A stretch of 64,000 nucleotides of DNA from assembly GCA_965215015.1 (NCBI GenBank), contig OZ244042.1, positions 2,144,001 through 2,208,000 on the forward strand, written 5' to 3'. Position numbers and translations under genes: made by a program. Positions 1-10,967 of the stretch are shown piece after piece; positions within the stretch are counted from its first letter, which is position 1; each line of letters starts with the position of its first letter. The stretch is from Candidatus Poribacteria bacterium (GTDB lineage Bacteria; Poribacteria; WGA-4E; PCPOR2b). Below the pieces are notes generated by a model. It saw only the letters and a program-made list of their open reading frames with translations. It was not told the origin of the DNA and made no database searches.

Positions 1-688
1 CCGCCTGACCGATGGGCCGACACTCCTTCTCGGCAATCTCGTAATACTCTTCAACCCAAAACTTAGCATCATCTGGATGGACAAACGCAAACGTTAAAGC
101 ACCCATACCGTTCCTCGCCGCATACCGCATGGTATCCCGACTGGGACAGGCAACCCAGATGGGCGGGTGTGGCTTCTGAGCGGGTTTTGGTAAAACGTTG
201 CGGGGTGGCATCGAAAAATACTTCCCCTCAAAACCGGCGTAGGGCGTTTGCACCATCATTTTAGCAGCTTCACGCGTACACTCCTCCCACATCTCACGTT
301 TCTGTTCAGGAGAGATCCTGAAACCGCCAAGTTCTATGTGCGAAGCGGATTCGCCGGTCCCCCACTCCACACGTCCGTTTGAAACGAGATCCAGCGTTGC
401 AATCCGCTCAGCGACACGTGCCGGGTGGTTGTATGCGGGCGGCATCAACACAATGCCGTGACCAAGCCGAATCTGCTTTGTCCGCTGACTGCACGCGGCC
501 AGGAACACTTCGGGAGCAGAGGAGTGGGAGTATTCCTCAAGGAAGTGGTGTTCGACCTCCCACACGTAATCATAACCGAGCCGATCTGCAAGTTCCACCT
601 GATCGAGGGCATCTTGAAACAACCTTAGTTCGTCGCCATCGTTCCACGGGCGCGGAATCTGGTGTTCGTAGAATATACCAAATTTCAC
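1..688 (-). CDS. LLM-class (luciferase-like) flavin-dependent oxidoreductase, 3' end outside window
   Basis: Manual translation from GTG at 688 (RBS GGAGG upstream): MKFGIFYEHQIPRPW...ADRLGYDYVWEVEHHFLEEYSHSSAPEV, a typical LLM N-terminus; absent from ORF track because it runs off the edge. Confidence 0.85.
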   Translation of the reverse strand, partial: MKFGIFYEHQIPRPWNDGDELRLFQDALDQVELADRLGYDYVWEVEHHFLEEYSHSSAPEVFLAACSQRTKQIRLGHGIVLMPPAYNHPARVAERIATLDLVSNGRVEWGTGESASHIELGGFRISPEQKREMWEECTREAAKMMVQTPYAGFEGKYFSMPPRNVLPKPAQKPHPPIWVACPSRDTMRYAARNGMGALTFAFVHPDDAKFWVEEYYEIAEKECRPIGQA

Positions 689-756
689 AAGGCACAACCT
701 CCACGTAATTTAACTACCGCTGATCATTCTTATGCTCGAAGTAATCTCAAGTACGC

Positions 757-1782
757 TTAGTTTTCCGAAGATTTAGAAGGGGGTGGACTCTCAGGGTGCC
801 AAATTCCAATCTCTTGGTAATAGCGAATTGAACCGGGGTGAAACGGTGTACCGGTGTTCTTGACAACGTTTTTGGGGTTAATTGCCTTGCCCGCAGGGTG
901 TGTCTTCACGACTTCGGCACGTTGTTCGTAGAGGATTTTGGTGAACTGGTAAACCGTCTCTGTGTCTACGTTCGCACCGGTAATCAGGTGCATGGCACCG
1001 ACATTCATGCCGTGGAAGGAGTTGTCTTGACCCCGGTACGTTCCTGAAGGGATAACCACAGCGTTAAAAAACGGGTAGTTTTCAAACAATCCCTGTTTCG
1101 CCGTGTCATCAAACGGGATGAAAAAGATGTTCTGGGACGCACTGGCTCGTGTAATCGATGCAGTTGGAACAGCCCCACCCAAGAACGCAGCGGCGGCGGA
1201 ACCGTCAGCGAGCATATCGACGGCACCGGCTTGGGTGTTGTGGAGCGGGGTAAAATCTTGGTAATTCACGCCATGTGCAGCCAAGATGGGCCCCAGAAAA
1301 TACTCAAATCCCGCGCCTGCAGGACCAACCACCACACGCTTTCCCCTTAGATCCGAAAGCTTTTTTACGCCAGAGGATTGTGGGGTAATAAAAAGGGCAA
1401 CATTGGGAGCAAGGGTCATCACTGTCCGAATCGGCTGCTCCCCTTTCCACGCCCCCTCCCCGCGAACTGCGAAATAAGAGATGGCAGCGTTGGCAAGGGC
1501 AAATTCTAACTCATCCTTGGCGAGACGTCGGATATTTTCCTGTGTGCCTTTGGTCGCTTCGGCGGAAACTTCCCAGTTCAGGTCACCTGTATGGTTGCTG
1601 ACGACCTGCGCGATTGCACCACCGACGACGAAAAATGCTCCACCCGGTGGTGCCGTGCCCACGCTGAGAAATTGGCGTTTTTGCGCGCTGGCACTGAAGG
1701 CAGCTAAACTTAGTGAAGTGATAAGCCCGATGATCACAAGGTAGTTCCAGTTAATTCGTTTGGTTTTTTTTCTTGAATTCAC
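757..1782 (-). CDS. TAXI-family TRAP transporter solute-binding protein
   Basis: Signal peptide; GTAPPGGAFF, ATKGTQENIRRL, DLRGKRVVVGPAGAG, PFHPGSIRYYQEIG motifs. Confidence 0.9.
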   Translation of the reverse strand: MNSRKKTKRINWNYLVIIGLITSLSLAAFSASAQKRQFLSVGTAPPGGAFFVVGGAIAQVVSNHTGDLNWEVSAEATKGTQENIRRLAKDELEFALANAAISYFAVRGEGAWKGEQPIRTVMTLAPNVALFITPQSSGVKKLSDLRGKRVVVGPAGAGFEYFLGPILAAHGVNYQDFTPLHNTQAGAVDMLADGSAAAAFLGGAVPTASITRASASQNIFFIPFDDTAKQGLFENYPFFNAVVIPSGTYRGQDNSFHGMNVGAMHLITGANVDTETVYQFTKILYEQRAEVVKTHPAGKAINPKNVVKNTGTPFHPGSIRYYQEIGIWHPESPPPSKSSEN

Positions 1783-2079
1783 TTGTTCACTCCTTTAATA
1801 AGAATAAATTAACCCACGTTGCTAGGTTCCGTTGACATTTGACAAATTAAGTCAATTCTGATGCACTTGAAGCAACTGTGGACTCCAGCTTTCTGTCAGT
1901 CTATATTGTGGTCAGGTACAAGCCCCCGATGGATCAGGCCTAAGAAGCCTACCCTATATTTCGTCGATTCCTGTATATGAACACCTCTCAGGTTTGAGAG
2001 CGTTCGTTTTATCGCTGCGAATCCACGGGAGGACAGCGGCAATATTGTCAACCTTCTCTCTGAGAGAAGTGGTATCGGT

Positions 2080-2305
2080 TTGACGTACTCCCAGCCCTAA
2101 AGGCTTGGGATTCTTACCTTTAGGAGTAGAATCGCTCTATCTAACAGGCGTCAAAGAGAGCCATCCGAAGATGGGCTTACCCCTTCTCCTGAGAAGGTGG
2201 ACGCCCCACCCTAAAGATATTGACCCCGGCGGCGCGATCTCCATCTAACTCTGTATCGCAGTTCAGACACTGCCATGTCCTGTCCCGCAGATTCAACGAT
2301 TGACA
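2080..2305 (-). mobile_element. tnpB: IS200/IS605-family remnant: 3' end of tnpB plus right end (omega-RNA scaffold region)
   Basis: Minus strand encodes LNLRDRTWQCLNCDTELDGDRAAGVNI (Zn-ribbon plus degenerate DRDxNAAxNI RuvC-III), then GAATCCCAAGCCTTTAGGGCTGGGAG hairpin ending in ...GTCAA. Confidence 0.75.
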
Positions 2306-2441
2306 AACCCCCAAGCCGAACACGCCCAAAACGGCGGCAAATGTCTGCCGCCTTTGGTGAAGGACACCCCTTGTCACGGCTTGTCCCCTGCCTGCCCCCC
2401 CACTTGCGAGGGGTTAGGTCGGAAGATTCTGATAAATTATG

Positions 2442-3518
2442 CTAGCCTATCCGATACCGTTCAACCGCATCCATATCAAGCCTCACACCCAGACCCGGTT
2501 TTTCTGGGACCTTTGCCAGTCCATCCTTAATAATCAACGATTCAGCAAGAAGTGAATGCTCTAGGAGTATGTAAAGTGAAACATGACTCAACGACGCATT
2601 GGGGAGAGCAGCAGCGAGGTGCACCATAAAGACCGCAGAGACACCTGTAAAACCCATCTGGAGCCAAAATGGCTTATTCGCAGCAGAAGCAATATTGGCA
2701 CATCGTAGAATGCCAGCGAGCCACCCACCCACCACATAATAATCATAGGCGGGCGAAGGGAGCGAAATTGTCGGCGGCGGTGAACCAAAATGGATTGCCA
2801 GCGGGAGACCGAGCTCTTTCTTCAGTCGTAGATACCCCTCAACGTCCTCTTGATTGATTGGGGATTCCAGACACTTGACGTGGGGATATTCTTTCAACCG
2901 CCGACCGAAAGAAAGGGCGCGCTCCACGGTTCCAAAGGTGGTGTTGGCATCAATTGTAAGCTCATAATCTTCTGGTGCTATCTCCGCAATGGCTTGTACC
3001 TGTTCCACTACATCGGTGTGGGCGCGGCGTTTAAATTTATGCACTCGAAAACCGCCTTCTAGCGCAATCCTTACCTCCTGCTGCAACACCTCCGGCGGAA
3101 AACACTGCGACCAATAGGCAATTGGAGCACTCTGCTGACATGGACCAAACAGCCGTGCCATCGGCAGCCCGACCGCCTGGCCCATCAGGTCATAAAAAGC
3201 GATCTGAAGCGGTCCAGCGGTATCGTCCATGATGAATTCAAAGGGGCTTCTCCCTAGATACGTCTGGATTTTGTCTTCGGAAATACTCGCGCCTTCGCCG
3301 ATTCCCACAAGCCCTTCGTCGGTGTGCACACGATAAATTGATGTTTCCACAGTGGGCACCGCTGATTCGCTCCACTGTCTTTCAAACTCACTTCTGTTCG
3401 CTTGAAATTCATCATCTGTTGCCCGGTTGCCGAGATTCCAACCTTTCCGAAGGGGTTCCCGTACACGCTCCAGATAAGGAATCTCCACAGTAATCTGCTC
3501 AATTTGGGTAATTTTCAC
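2442..3518 (-). CDS. Mandelate racemase/muconate lactonizing enzyme (enolase superfamily)
   Basis: MKITQIE start, VHTDEGLVGIGE, HKFK, IDAN, LESP, PEKPGLGVRLD. Confidence 0.85.
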   Translation of the reverse strand: MKITQIEQITVEIPYLERVREPLRKGWNLGNRATDDEFQANRSEFERQWSESAVPTVETSIYRVHTDEGLVGIGEGASISEDKIQTYLGRSPFEFIMDDTAGPLQIAFYDLMGQAVGLPMARLFGPCQQSAPIAYWSQCFPPEVLQQEVRIALEGGFRVHKFKRRAHTDVVEQVQAIAEIAPEDYELTIDANTTFGTVERALSFGRRLKEYPHVKCLESPINQEDVEGYLRLKKELGLPLAIHFGSPPPTISLPSPAYDYYVVGGWLAGILRCANIASAANKPFWLQMGFTGVSAVFMVHLAAALPNASLSHVSLYILLEHSLLAESLIIKDGLAKVPEKPGLGVRLDMDAVERYRIG

Positions 3519-3567
3519 GGTTTTTCCTTTCGCTTGGTCATTTTTATGGCCCCTGATGAACCTTACA

Positions 3568-4689
3568 TCATGCGCGCTTATCTCTCCAATGCGTCAACTG
3601 TTCTTCATCCAACTCGACACCCAACCCAGGACCTTCGGGGACGCGAGCGACTTGGGGGCCGAGAGCAAGGGGCTCCCGCAGCAGATCTGCTTCATGATAA
3701 AGCGGCCCAATAATGTCTGCCGGGTAGGTTTCGCTGTCAATGGTGGGCATCGCAGCTGCGACATGCAGCATCGCAGCACTCCCAATCCCCAATTCCAGAT
3801 TACTCCCGATACTACCAACTGCGCCGGCGGCTTTTGCAACATGCACAATTTCGAGGGTAGCACTCAGTCCACCGTGTTTGCCGGGGTACACGCTGAAGAC
3901 ATCAGCGGCACGCGCATTAGCCAGCAGCCACGCATCTGCAAGTGTGAAAAGGCTTTCATCCGCCATGATTGGGATATACGTCGCTTCCCTGAGTTGCGCG
4001 AGCGAGTCCGGGTTATCGGGAGAGATGGGTTGTTCCGCGAAAAGCATATCGTAAGGCTCAAGCTTGGGGAGCATACGACGGGCAGTATCCAAGCTCCAAC
4101 CACAATTGACATCAATGCCAATGGGAACTGCTTGCCCAGCAATCTCTCGCACAGCTTTAACGCGCTGCAAATCTGTCACCGGATCGAGACCGACCTTAAC
4201 TTTCAGGCAGCGTACCCCCCAATTGAGGAATCGCTCCGCCAGACTGACCGCTTGAGGAACATCGAACGCACCGACAACCATCTTAATTGGGATTTCGTCG
4301 CGGACCCGCCCGCCGAGCAGCTGATAAACGGGAACCCCCACCGCTTTTCCAGCTAAATCCCACAACGCCATTTCTACTGCCGCCTTTGTGAACGGGTTGA
4401 GCTTGATCTCTCTATCCATGACAGCTCGCAGCAAATTAATCTGGGTGGGGTCAGCACCGACCAACGCAGGGGCAATCAGTTCCTCAATGGCAGCGACGCA
4501 GCCGCGACTGGTTTCACCGCTCCAGCGAGGTGCTACTGTTGCTTCGCCCAGACCGACTAAGTCCGTATCGGTATGGATGCGAACGATGACATAAGGTGAG
4601 TCGATATGTTCGCCATGGGCGGTCTTCGTTGTCAACCCTGCCTTCAGGGGAACTCGGACAGGGATCGGTTCAATCTGTGTAATGTGCAT
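3568..4689 (-). CDS. Muconate/chloromuconate cycloisomerase-like enolase superfamily protein
   Basis: KVKVG, GIDVN, AEQP, MADES, PEGPGLGVELD; start placed at MHITQIE. Confidence 0.85.
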   Translation of the reverse strand: MHITQIEPIPVRVPLKAGLTTKTAHGEHIDSPYVIVRIHTDTDLVGLGEATVAPRWSGETSRGCVAAIEELIAPALVGADPTQINLLRAVMDREIKLNPFTKAAVEMALWDLAGKAVGVPVYQLLGGRVRDEIPIKMVVGAFDVPQAVSLAERFLNWGVRCLKVKVGLDPVTDLQRVKAVREIAGQAVPIGIDVNCGWSLDTARRMLPKLEPYDMLFAEQPISPDNPDSLAQLREATYIPIMADESLFTLADAWLLANARAADVFSVYPGKHGGLSATLEIVHVAKAAGAVGSIGSNLELGIGSAAMLHVAAAMPTIDSETYPADIIGPLYHEADLLREPLALGPQVARVPEGPGLGVELDEEQLTHWRDKRA

Positions 4690-4876
4690 GGCAAGCCTCT
4701 GTTTGCTTAGGGGCACAGTCGTAACCTAAGTTGCTGCCTATTGTAATCAGTCAGGATTCTTATCTCGATCCGATAGTTGGTAGGTTAGACTTCCGAGCCC
4801 GACCTCGTCCCAATCCGCGTAGGTCGGGCAAAATGCCGGACCTATGGGAATAATGGCAACTTATGTCCAGTCGAAA

Positions 4877-5770
4877 TTAATCGAATTGGATGAACTGTTT
4901 CCAATTTTCATAGATAATGTTGTGAATTGCTTCCTTGGGAAACTGGGGGAAGTTGCTTCCCTCGACGATAGCATTTACCTTGTGCTGACCGGCTATCACC
5001 TGCTCCGGGGTAGCCGAGGGAAAATCGGAACCGAAAATCAACTTATGCTCCACCCCGTACTCAAGGGCTGTAATAAACGCTTGATAGTGCCGCCACGGAC
5101 GATAGTGGAGGGCGGAGATGTCGACATACAGATTGGGATGTTTGCGAATCAGTACTACGCAATCGGTCTCCCACGGATGCCCCATGTGTGCAATGATCAT
5201 GCGAAGATTCGGACAAGCAACTGCGATATCCTCCAACATAATCGGGTTGGAGTATTTCAACGGTCCAGGGCGAACAAACGAGGTGCCCTGATGCCAGATC
5301 ACCGGGATGTCTAATGCTTCGGCCTTTTTGAAAAGTGGGAGATGTTTCGTATCCTGCGGGTCGAAATTCTGGTAAATAGGTGCAACTTTGAGGCCGCGAA
5401 GTCCAAGTTCCTCAACGTTGTAAACAAGTTGATCCACACAGTCTTCATCGTTTGGATCGACCGAACACCAGCCGATAAAGCGGTCTAAATGCTGGTTGAC
5501 AAAGTCCGCAATCAGCTCCTGCGGGATATTGATGCCGCAGAAGGGAGCTTTCAGCCCAAACACAATAACCTTATCACAGTTCCTGGTTGCTTCAAGTAAG
5601 GTTTCAGGCGTAGAATCGAAGGCGTTCTTTTCCTCTTCCTCCTCATCAGCGAAGTAAACGTCCGGCGTAATCCGCATCTTTGCTTTCTTAGCAGCAAGCG
5701 CAAACTCGACAAATTCCTCGGAATAGTGATCGGGATACCAACCGAGATTCGTGTGAATGTCAACAAGCAT
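4877..5770 (-). CDS. Amidohydrolase family protein (Amidohydro_2)
   Basis: VDIHT, GLRGLK, IWHQG, IAHMGHPW, LIFGSDFP metal-binding motifs. Confidence 0.85.
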   Translation of the reverse strand: MLVDIHTNLGWYPDHYSEEFVEFALAAKKAKMRITPDVYFADEEEEEKNAFDSTPETLLEATRNCDKVIVFGLKAPFCGINIPQELIADFVNQHLDRFIGWCSVDPNDEDCVDQLVYNVEELGLRGLKVAPIYQNFDPQDTKHLPLFKKAEALDIPVIWHQGTSFVRPGPLKYSNPIMLEDIAVACPNLRMIIAHMGHPWETDCVVLIRKHPNLYVDISALHYRPWRHYQAFITALEYGVEHKLIFGSDFPSATPEQVIAGQHKVNAIVEGSNFPQFPKEAIHNIIYENWKQFIQFD

Positions 5771-6151
5771 TAAAAACTCCTTTGAAAAATCTTGTACTGT
5801 TTGTCCCGGATTCTTTTCGGCCTATCCTACATAAAACGACAATCAGCTGAATTGGACGGGTATGCTACCACACCTCCATACGGAAGTCAATTCTTAAAAT
5901 CGGGGTTCGCAGGGTAATTGCATGTAAATAGTTGGTGTATATGACTTTGGCATACGATAATCGAAATGGACTCGTAGGCACAGATTTCCTAACCTGTAAT
6001 CCCCACTCCGTAATTGCTATAACAGATATCGGGGGTCACTCTTCCCAGCGCGTTGACAGGACGGACATTAACCGATTCAATGGAGGCGTACCTCTCGGAC
6101 TAGCGGACATATTTGAGGGGAACCCACAATTCTGAATTATGTCTGGTTAAA

Positions 6152-7638
6152 TCACAAGCGCGCCACCCAGCGGCGTAATTGCAACTCCAGATCGTTCGCA
6201 ACATCTGCATAATCTGCTAATATATTGTGCTGGTCATACGGATCTGACGCTCGACCGTACAGTTCGATGAGCGCATTGTCCTCCAGCATGACATGTAACC
6301 GCCACGCCGTGTCCTGAATAGACCATGAACGATCATGATGACCTGTGTAGGCATAGTCGCGCACACGGTCTGTCTCACCACGAATCAATGGCACTAGGCT
6401 ATGGCCGTGCAAGGGAACCGTCTCCGACCCCAGTTGTATGTCCTGTGGGAAGAGCTCCCTGGTCGGACGCGGGCCTGTGCGAGCCAAAGTCAGGTTTTTA
6501 CCAATGCCAAGAAAGTCTAAGAGGGTGGGAAACAGATCGGTCGGCTGAACAAGGGCGTCAATCACACCTTGATGCGAATTGGGAGACCCGAGGGCGTCCG
6601 GCAAACGAAACACCATCGGAATCCTCACCAACTCTTCATAGTTCCATGGTCTCGCCTTACGGATAATCCCATGCTCCCCAAACGGTTCCCCGTGATCGCT
6701 TAACCAGACGACCAGCGTATTTTCGAGCAATCCCAAATCTCGCACATAATCCACCAACATCCCTGCCCACTTGTCAGTAAACGTGACCTCCCCCGCGTAG
6801 AGCGAGCGGACGCGGACGATTTCATCAGGAGTGAGGTAGTCGTGTTCGCTCTTGGCCTTCGGTTCCGGGGTCAAGGGGCTGCCGATATTCGTACAGGGCC
6901 CTGCCACCGGATCGATGATGTCTTGTCCAGAGTAGTCGGCGGCTTTGTACATAGACCAGAACGGTTCCGGCGGATCCCACGGTTCATGTGGATCGAAGTA
7001 ATCCACCCAGAGGAAGAGCTTATCTTTTTTGCCTTGCTGGTTCACCACGGCATCGAGCCAACGAATCGCTTCATGGGTCACACGCGGGGCAAAAAAATCC
7101 TCCTCGATCTGGCATGTGGAACGGTTTTTCATGTATTGCTCAAATCGAGGTGCCCACAGTGCATCGGTATCATCTCCGCGTAAACGGTGCCAGATGTTTG
7201 TGTCAATGGGGCGGTCGTCGACAATCCACGGATCGTATTCCTGTCCACGCACAAAAACCGTCGTATCAAAACCGCGTCCTATATTGTACACCGGTTTATG
7301 CCCATGGTACACATCAGTGACCAAGGCACTGGTGTATCCGTGGCTCCAAAGGACTTCGGCAAGTAAATAATCCGATTCCTGAAAAGGCTGCCAAGGGCGG
7401 AACGGAAAGCCGACGCGTCCCGTCCACCATGTGGTGCGAGTCGGTATCGTGGGCAAGCTCTCGGCGTAGCAGTGCGAAAAGAGAATGCCTTCCGCCGCGA
7501 GGCGTCGAGATGAGGGGTGGCCGTCTTCTTTATACCCTCGGCAGTACCATATTCGACAGCGCGGATACCTCCCACGCCATCATAGCAACTACAATGGTCT
7601 GCCCGTAGTGAATCATTGACAATGCAAATGATGTTCAT
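6152..7638 (-). pseudogene. Sulfatase-like hydrolase interrupted by a 1-bp frameshift near 7500 (or sequencing error)
   Basis: N-terminal MNIICIVNDSLRADH...TPHLDA continues in another frame as AAEGILFSHCYAESLPTIPTR...FDPHEPWDPP...SDHGE. Confidence 0.8.
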
Positions 7639-7778
7639 TTTTACCTCCTATATAATTTTCCATCCTACCATATAACCCAAGTTGCTAGTAGTAGGCATAC
7701 TCTGGCCCGATGGGATCGGGATTCAAAGCAATATACCGTAACCGATGTGCAAATATGGAAACTTGACCTACGATCTAA

Positions 7779-7942
7779 CTAGGTTCTGTTGACATGTCAT
7801 CGCAACCGGATAATCGAGGACTGTGCAAAGACACACGGTCCTTTCGTAGGGGTTGGGGCTCCTAACCCGCTTTGGTCAATGGGCGAGGCGACCTCGCCCC
7901 TACGAGGACGGACAGTTTCACATAAATGTCAATACGCCCTAG
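7779..7942. mobile_element. MITE-like element with CTAG-terminated imperfect inverted repeats
   Basis: Left CTAGGTTCTGTTGACAT, right ATGTCAATACGCCCTAG; internal GTAGGGG...CCCCTAC palindrome; related ends at 1822, 23099 and 33367. Confidence 0.65.
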
Positions 7943-8039
7943 CAATTTGGATTATTTTGTAGAAAGCAAGTTGTGGCACAGATTTCCTAATCTGCGGTTA
8001 TGTCCCGATGCAAAATCGGAGGCGGCTGTGTGTCAATGT

Positions 8040-8237
8040 TAGGACTTACGTAGTCGAGTTTGTAGCAGTGTAATTCAACCCACGTCTTTAAGACAGTAGA
8101 CACGCTCCGCGTGCCTGCTACTGTTCAGATGAACTGGAGTTGCCCGATTCATCGGGCGTCGTGACTCATATAGATACCAACACTGTCGCACAGCAGTGTC
8201 AGGTGTTGGCTTTGAACGTTCAACTGCGTAGGGCCTA
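8040..8237 (-). mobile_element. MITE, TAGGA(C/G)TTACGCA family
   Basis: TIRs TAGGACTTACGTAG / CTGCGTAGGGCCTA; internal homology to the copies at 11246, 12028 and 57410; no clear TSD. Confidence 0.75.
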
Positions 8238-8365
8238 ACAATAAGGTAACCTTTGAAGCAATCGTAGAGCCTGCCCTCGATGAAATCGGGGTTAGCAAAC
8301 CTACGCCACGATCGGATTGCGATTAGTTGTCGAGTGTGGAAACTCGACACTACAAGAGCAGTCCG

Positions 8366-9538
8366 TTATAGGTAGGGCGGCCACTGCCAGCCCCTTTTTG
8401 TAGCAAACCAGAGTTCTTCTGGGGCCGGTTTCGGCCCTGCCTGTAGCCTCCTGAGAACATCTTCGTCGTATTGGATCCCGAAGCCAGGTTTCTTCGGAGG
8501 CGATATCTCGCCGTTTTTCGGAAGAATCGGGTCTATAACAGCCGAACCCTTGGGAGGCGGTGCGCTCCTGAAGCATTCAACGAACAGCCCGTTTGGCACA
8601 GCGGCCACCAACGATGCTGCGATCTCGGTGGTCGCATGGGGACACATAGGCAGACCGTATGAATCGGCAATGGCGGCGATCTTCACCCACTCGGTTACAC
8701 CACCGCACCGGACGATGTCTGCTTGGACGAACTGCACGCCACCCCGTTCCATCAACTCCCTGAACTCCCACTTCGTTGCGTGAGTTTCACCCAGGGCTAT
8801 CGGGATGCTTATCTCTGCGGCAAGTTTGATGTGATTCTCTAACTCATCGGGAGGCAGCGGCTCCTCGAGCCAGTAAATGTTATACTTCTCCAGCTTCTCC
8901 GCCATTCGTATGGCTGTATTGAGACTCCAGCCAGAGTTGACGTCCAGTGTCAGGTCTACATGTGGGCCAATGGTCTCCCTCACCAATTTGACCCGCTCCA
9001 CGTCTTCGTTCGGATTTCTCCTCCCGACCTTCATCTTCACCATCTTGAACCCAGCTTCGACGAACCCGGAATAGATGGCCACGAGTTCTTCCTCGCTGGC
9101 GAGGAGGCTGACGCTGCTTCCATAGGCTGCCACCGTGTCCCTGTGGGCACCAAGCAGTTTGTGAACCGGTTGGTTGAGAATCTTCCCTTTCAGGTCCCAC
9201 AAGGCGATGTCTATCGCGCCAATTACCGATAGAACAACGCCCCTTCTGCCCCACCGTACACTACCCCAGTATAGCTTATCCCAGATCCGCTCGGTATCGA
9301 GGGGATCCTCACCGACAACTAGCGGTTTGAACATATGCTCAATGAGCAGCTTGTTCAATGAGACACCTTCGGGTCCAACCTGCGGTTCGCCAATCGAGGC
9401 AAATCCTGTCATGCCTTCGTCAGTGGATATTTGCACGAGCGAATTCGCGCGAATCTCGGGATTCACCACCGTGGCGTCAGTACTCTGCTTGACGTTGGCA
9501 TACACGGGGTCGGATAGTTTTACATCTGTGACTTTCAC
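8366..9538 (-). CDS. Mandelate racemase/muconate lactonizing enzyme family protein
   Basis: AIDIALWDLKGK, KMKVG, LDVN, WLEEP, LGET, PGFGI. Confidence 0.9.
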   Translation of the reverse strand: MKVTDVKLSDPVYANVKQSTDATVVNPEIRANSLVQISTDEGMTGFASIGEPQVGPEGVSLNKLLIEHMFKPLVVGEDPLDTERIWDKLYWGSVRWGRRGVVLSVIGAIDIALWDLKGKILNQPVHKLLGAHRDTVAAYGSSVSLLASEEELVAIYSGFVEAGFKMVKMKVGRRNPNEDVERVKLVRETIGPHVDLTLDVNSGWSLNTAIRMAEKLEKYNIYWLEEPLPPDELENHIKLAAEISIPIALGETHATKWEFRELMERGGVQFVQADIVRCGGVTEWVKIAAIADSYGLPMCPHATTEIAASLVAAVPNGLFVECFRSAPPPKGSAVIDPILPKNGEISPPKKPGFGIQYDEDVLRRLQAGPKPAPEELWFATKRGWQWPPYL

Positions 9539-9712
9539 CTAAACTCTCTCCCTTCTATTTTCATTGGCTGGCGTCATGTAATCCCGGACGCTAACTCAGC
9601 CATTTCTAGTTGTGGGCTTCTTCTGTGTATCTCTTCGACCACATAATTACTCGGTAGTGCCGGAGTAAATCAAACACTTGGCTTGAACAAGATGGTAAGG
9701 TAATGACCGGAG

Positions 9713-10921
9713 CTATGCGCTTATCTGCGTCTCGTTCACCGCATACACCCTCTGGAATATGTCTTCGTCAACTTCCAACCCAAGACCCAGCGCGTTGGCA
9801 ACAGCGTACGAACCGTTCTCAAATGTAAAGTCGTCGGATTTGTATACGTTTGGTGCGCAGCGTTCATCTTCGATGGTAATGAACGATTCGGAAGCCGCTC
9901 CCCAGATCAGCGAGGCGCGAGTACCGAATACGCCGTTGTGGAAGCAGTGCGGCTGCGAGCTGACACCATAGCTGTCTAACTGTTCCTCGATTTCGTTCCA
10001 ACGTGAAAAACCATGCCTGACGATGTCCGGTTGGTAACCATCCATCAAACCGTCTTCCATCATGTCCACGTACACATCGCTGATTGGATCGGGGTCGACT
10101 TCACCGCACACCAACAACGCCTCCGAACCAACCTTCTCTTGGATGTTTCTGATCGCCCGATAGTCGTCGACGTTTGGAGGGACCATCTCCTCAAGCCAGA
10201 ACACGTCCGCAGGCTTTGTTTCTCGAATGAACATCTCCAGCAGGTCTAGGCGGTTCCTGTACCCGAAGTTACCGTCCGTCAATATCTTCGCGTCCGGCCC
10301 AATGGCTTCCCGCACGGCATAGATAACCTCGATATCGCGCCGAGCTCCCGCCTCTGGGTTCATCCAGCGACCGCACCGGCCGGTCTTGATTTTGAACTGC
10401 CTTCACCCAGCGTCAAACCCCTCTCTGGCTTGCTCAGCGACCAGTACTGCACCTTTTTCGGGGAAGTTCAGGTCGCTGAAGTAAAGGGTCGTGTCATAGG
10501 CATCTACGCGGTCACGCTTCTTGCCTCCAAGCAGCTCTAGGCAAGAGACACCCAGGGCCCTGCCAACCAAATCGTAGACGAGGATACTCATCCAGCCTTG
10601 GCCCCGGAACGCCCGTTTCGCCTCCTTTGTTGGGCCCGTGACACGTCCATTAGATACATGCAGGAACTCATCTAATCGCCTACCAAGAAGGACCTCTTTG
10701 AGCAGATTCATCACATCTGCCACAGACCCCTGTCCCCCGATTGCTCCGAGGTGCCCCTTGTTGATTGCTAGGCCCTCAACTCCACCATCCGTGCGAGCAC
10801 GGACAAGCCACTCGATTCCTATTGACCCGTGGCCCCAGTTGTAAGCATTCCTAGCAATTTCATGGGGGTAACGGGCAGGAATCGGGGTAACACTGATTTC
10901 GGTAATACGTTGCGATGTCAT
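9713..10921 (-). pseudogene. Enolase-superfamily gene with an in-frame TGA at 10403-10405
   Basis: ORFs 10403..10921 and 9713..10363 are in the same frame; reading through gives GFDAG*RQFKIKTGR (KxK motif), then TDGN, WLEE, CGE. Confidence 0.8.
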
Positions 10922-10967
10922 CTCTAATATACCTTACCTTTCATGACAAACCGACTGCTAAATAAGT

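Noticed and set aside
3556-4356. Long antisense ORFs (also 17502..18320, 27315..27935, 34467..35195, 41008..41634)
   Set aside because: Shadow frames opposite well-supported genes, with no recognisable motifs
10403-10405. TGA as selenocysteine or genetic code 4/25
   Set aside because: The position is not a Cys site in this family, and many other genes here end in TGA at expected lengths
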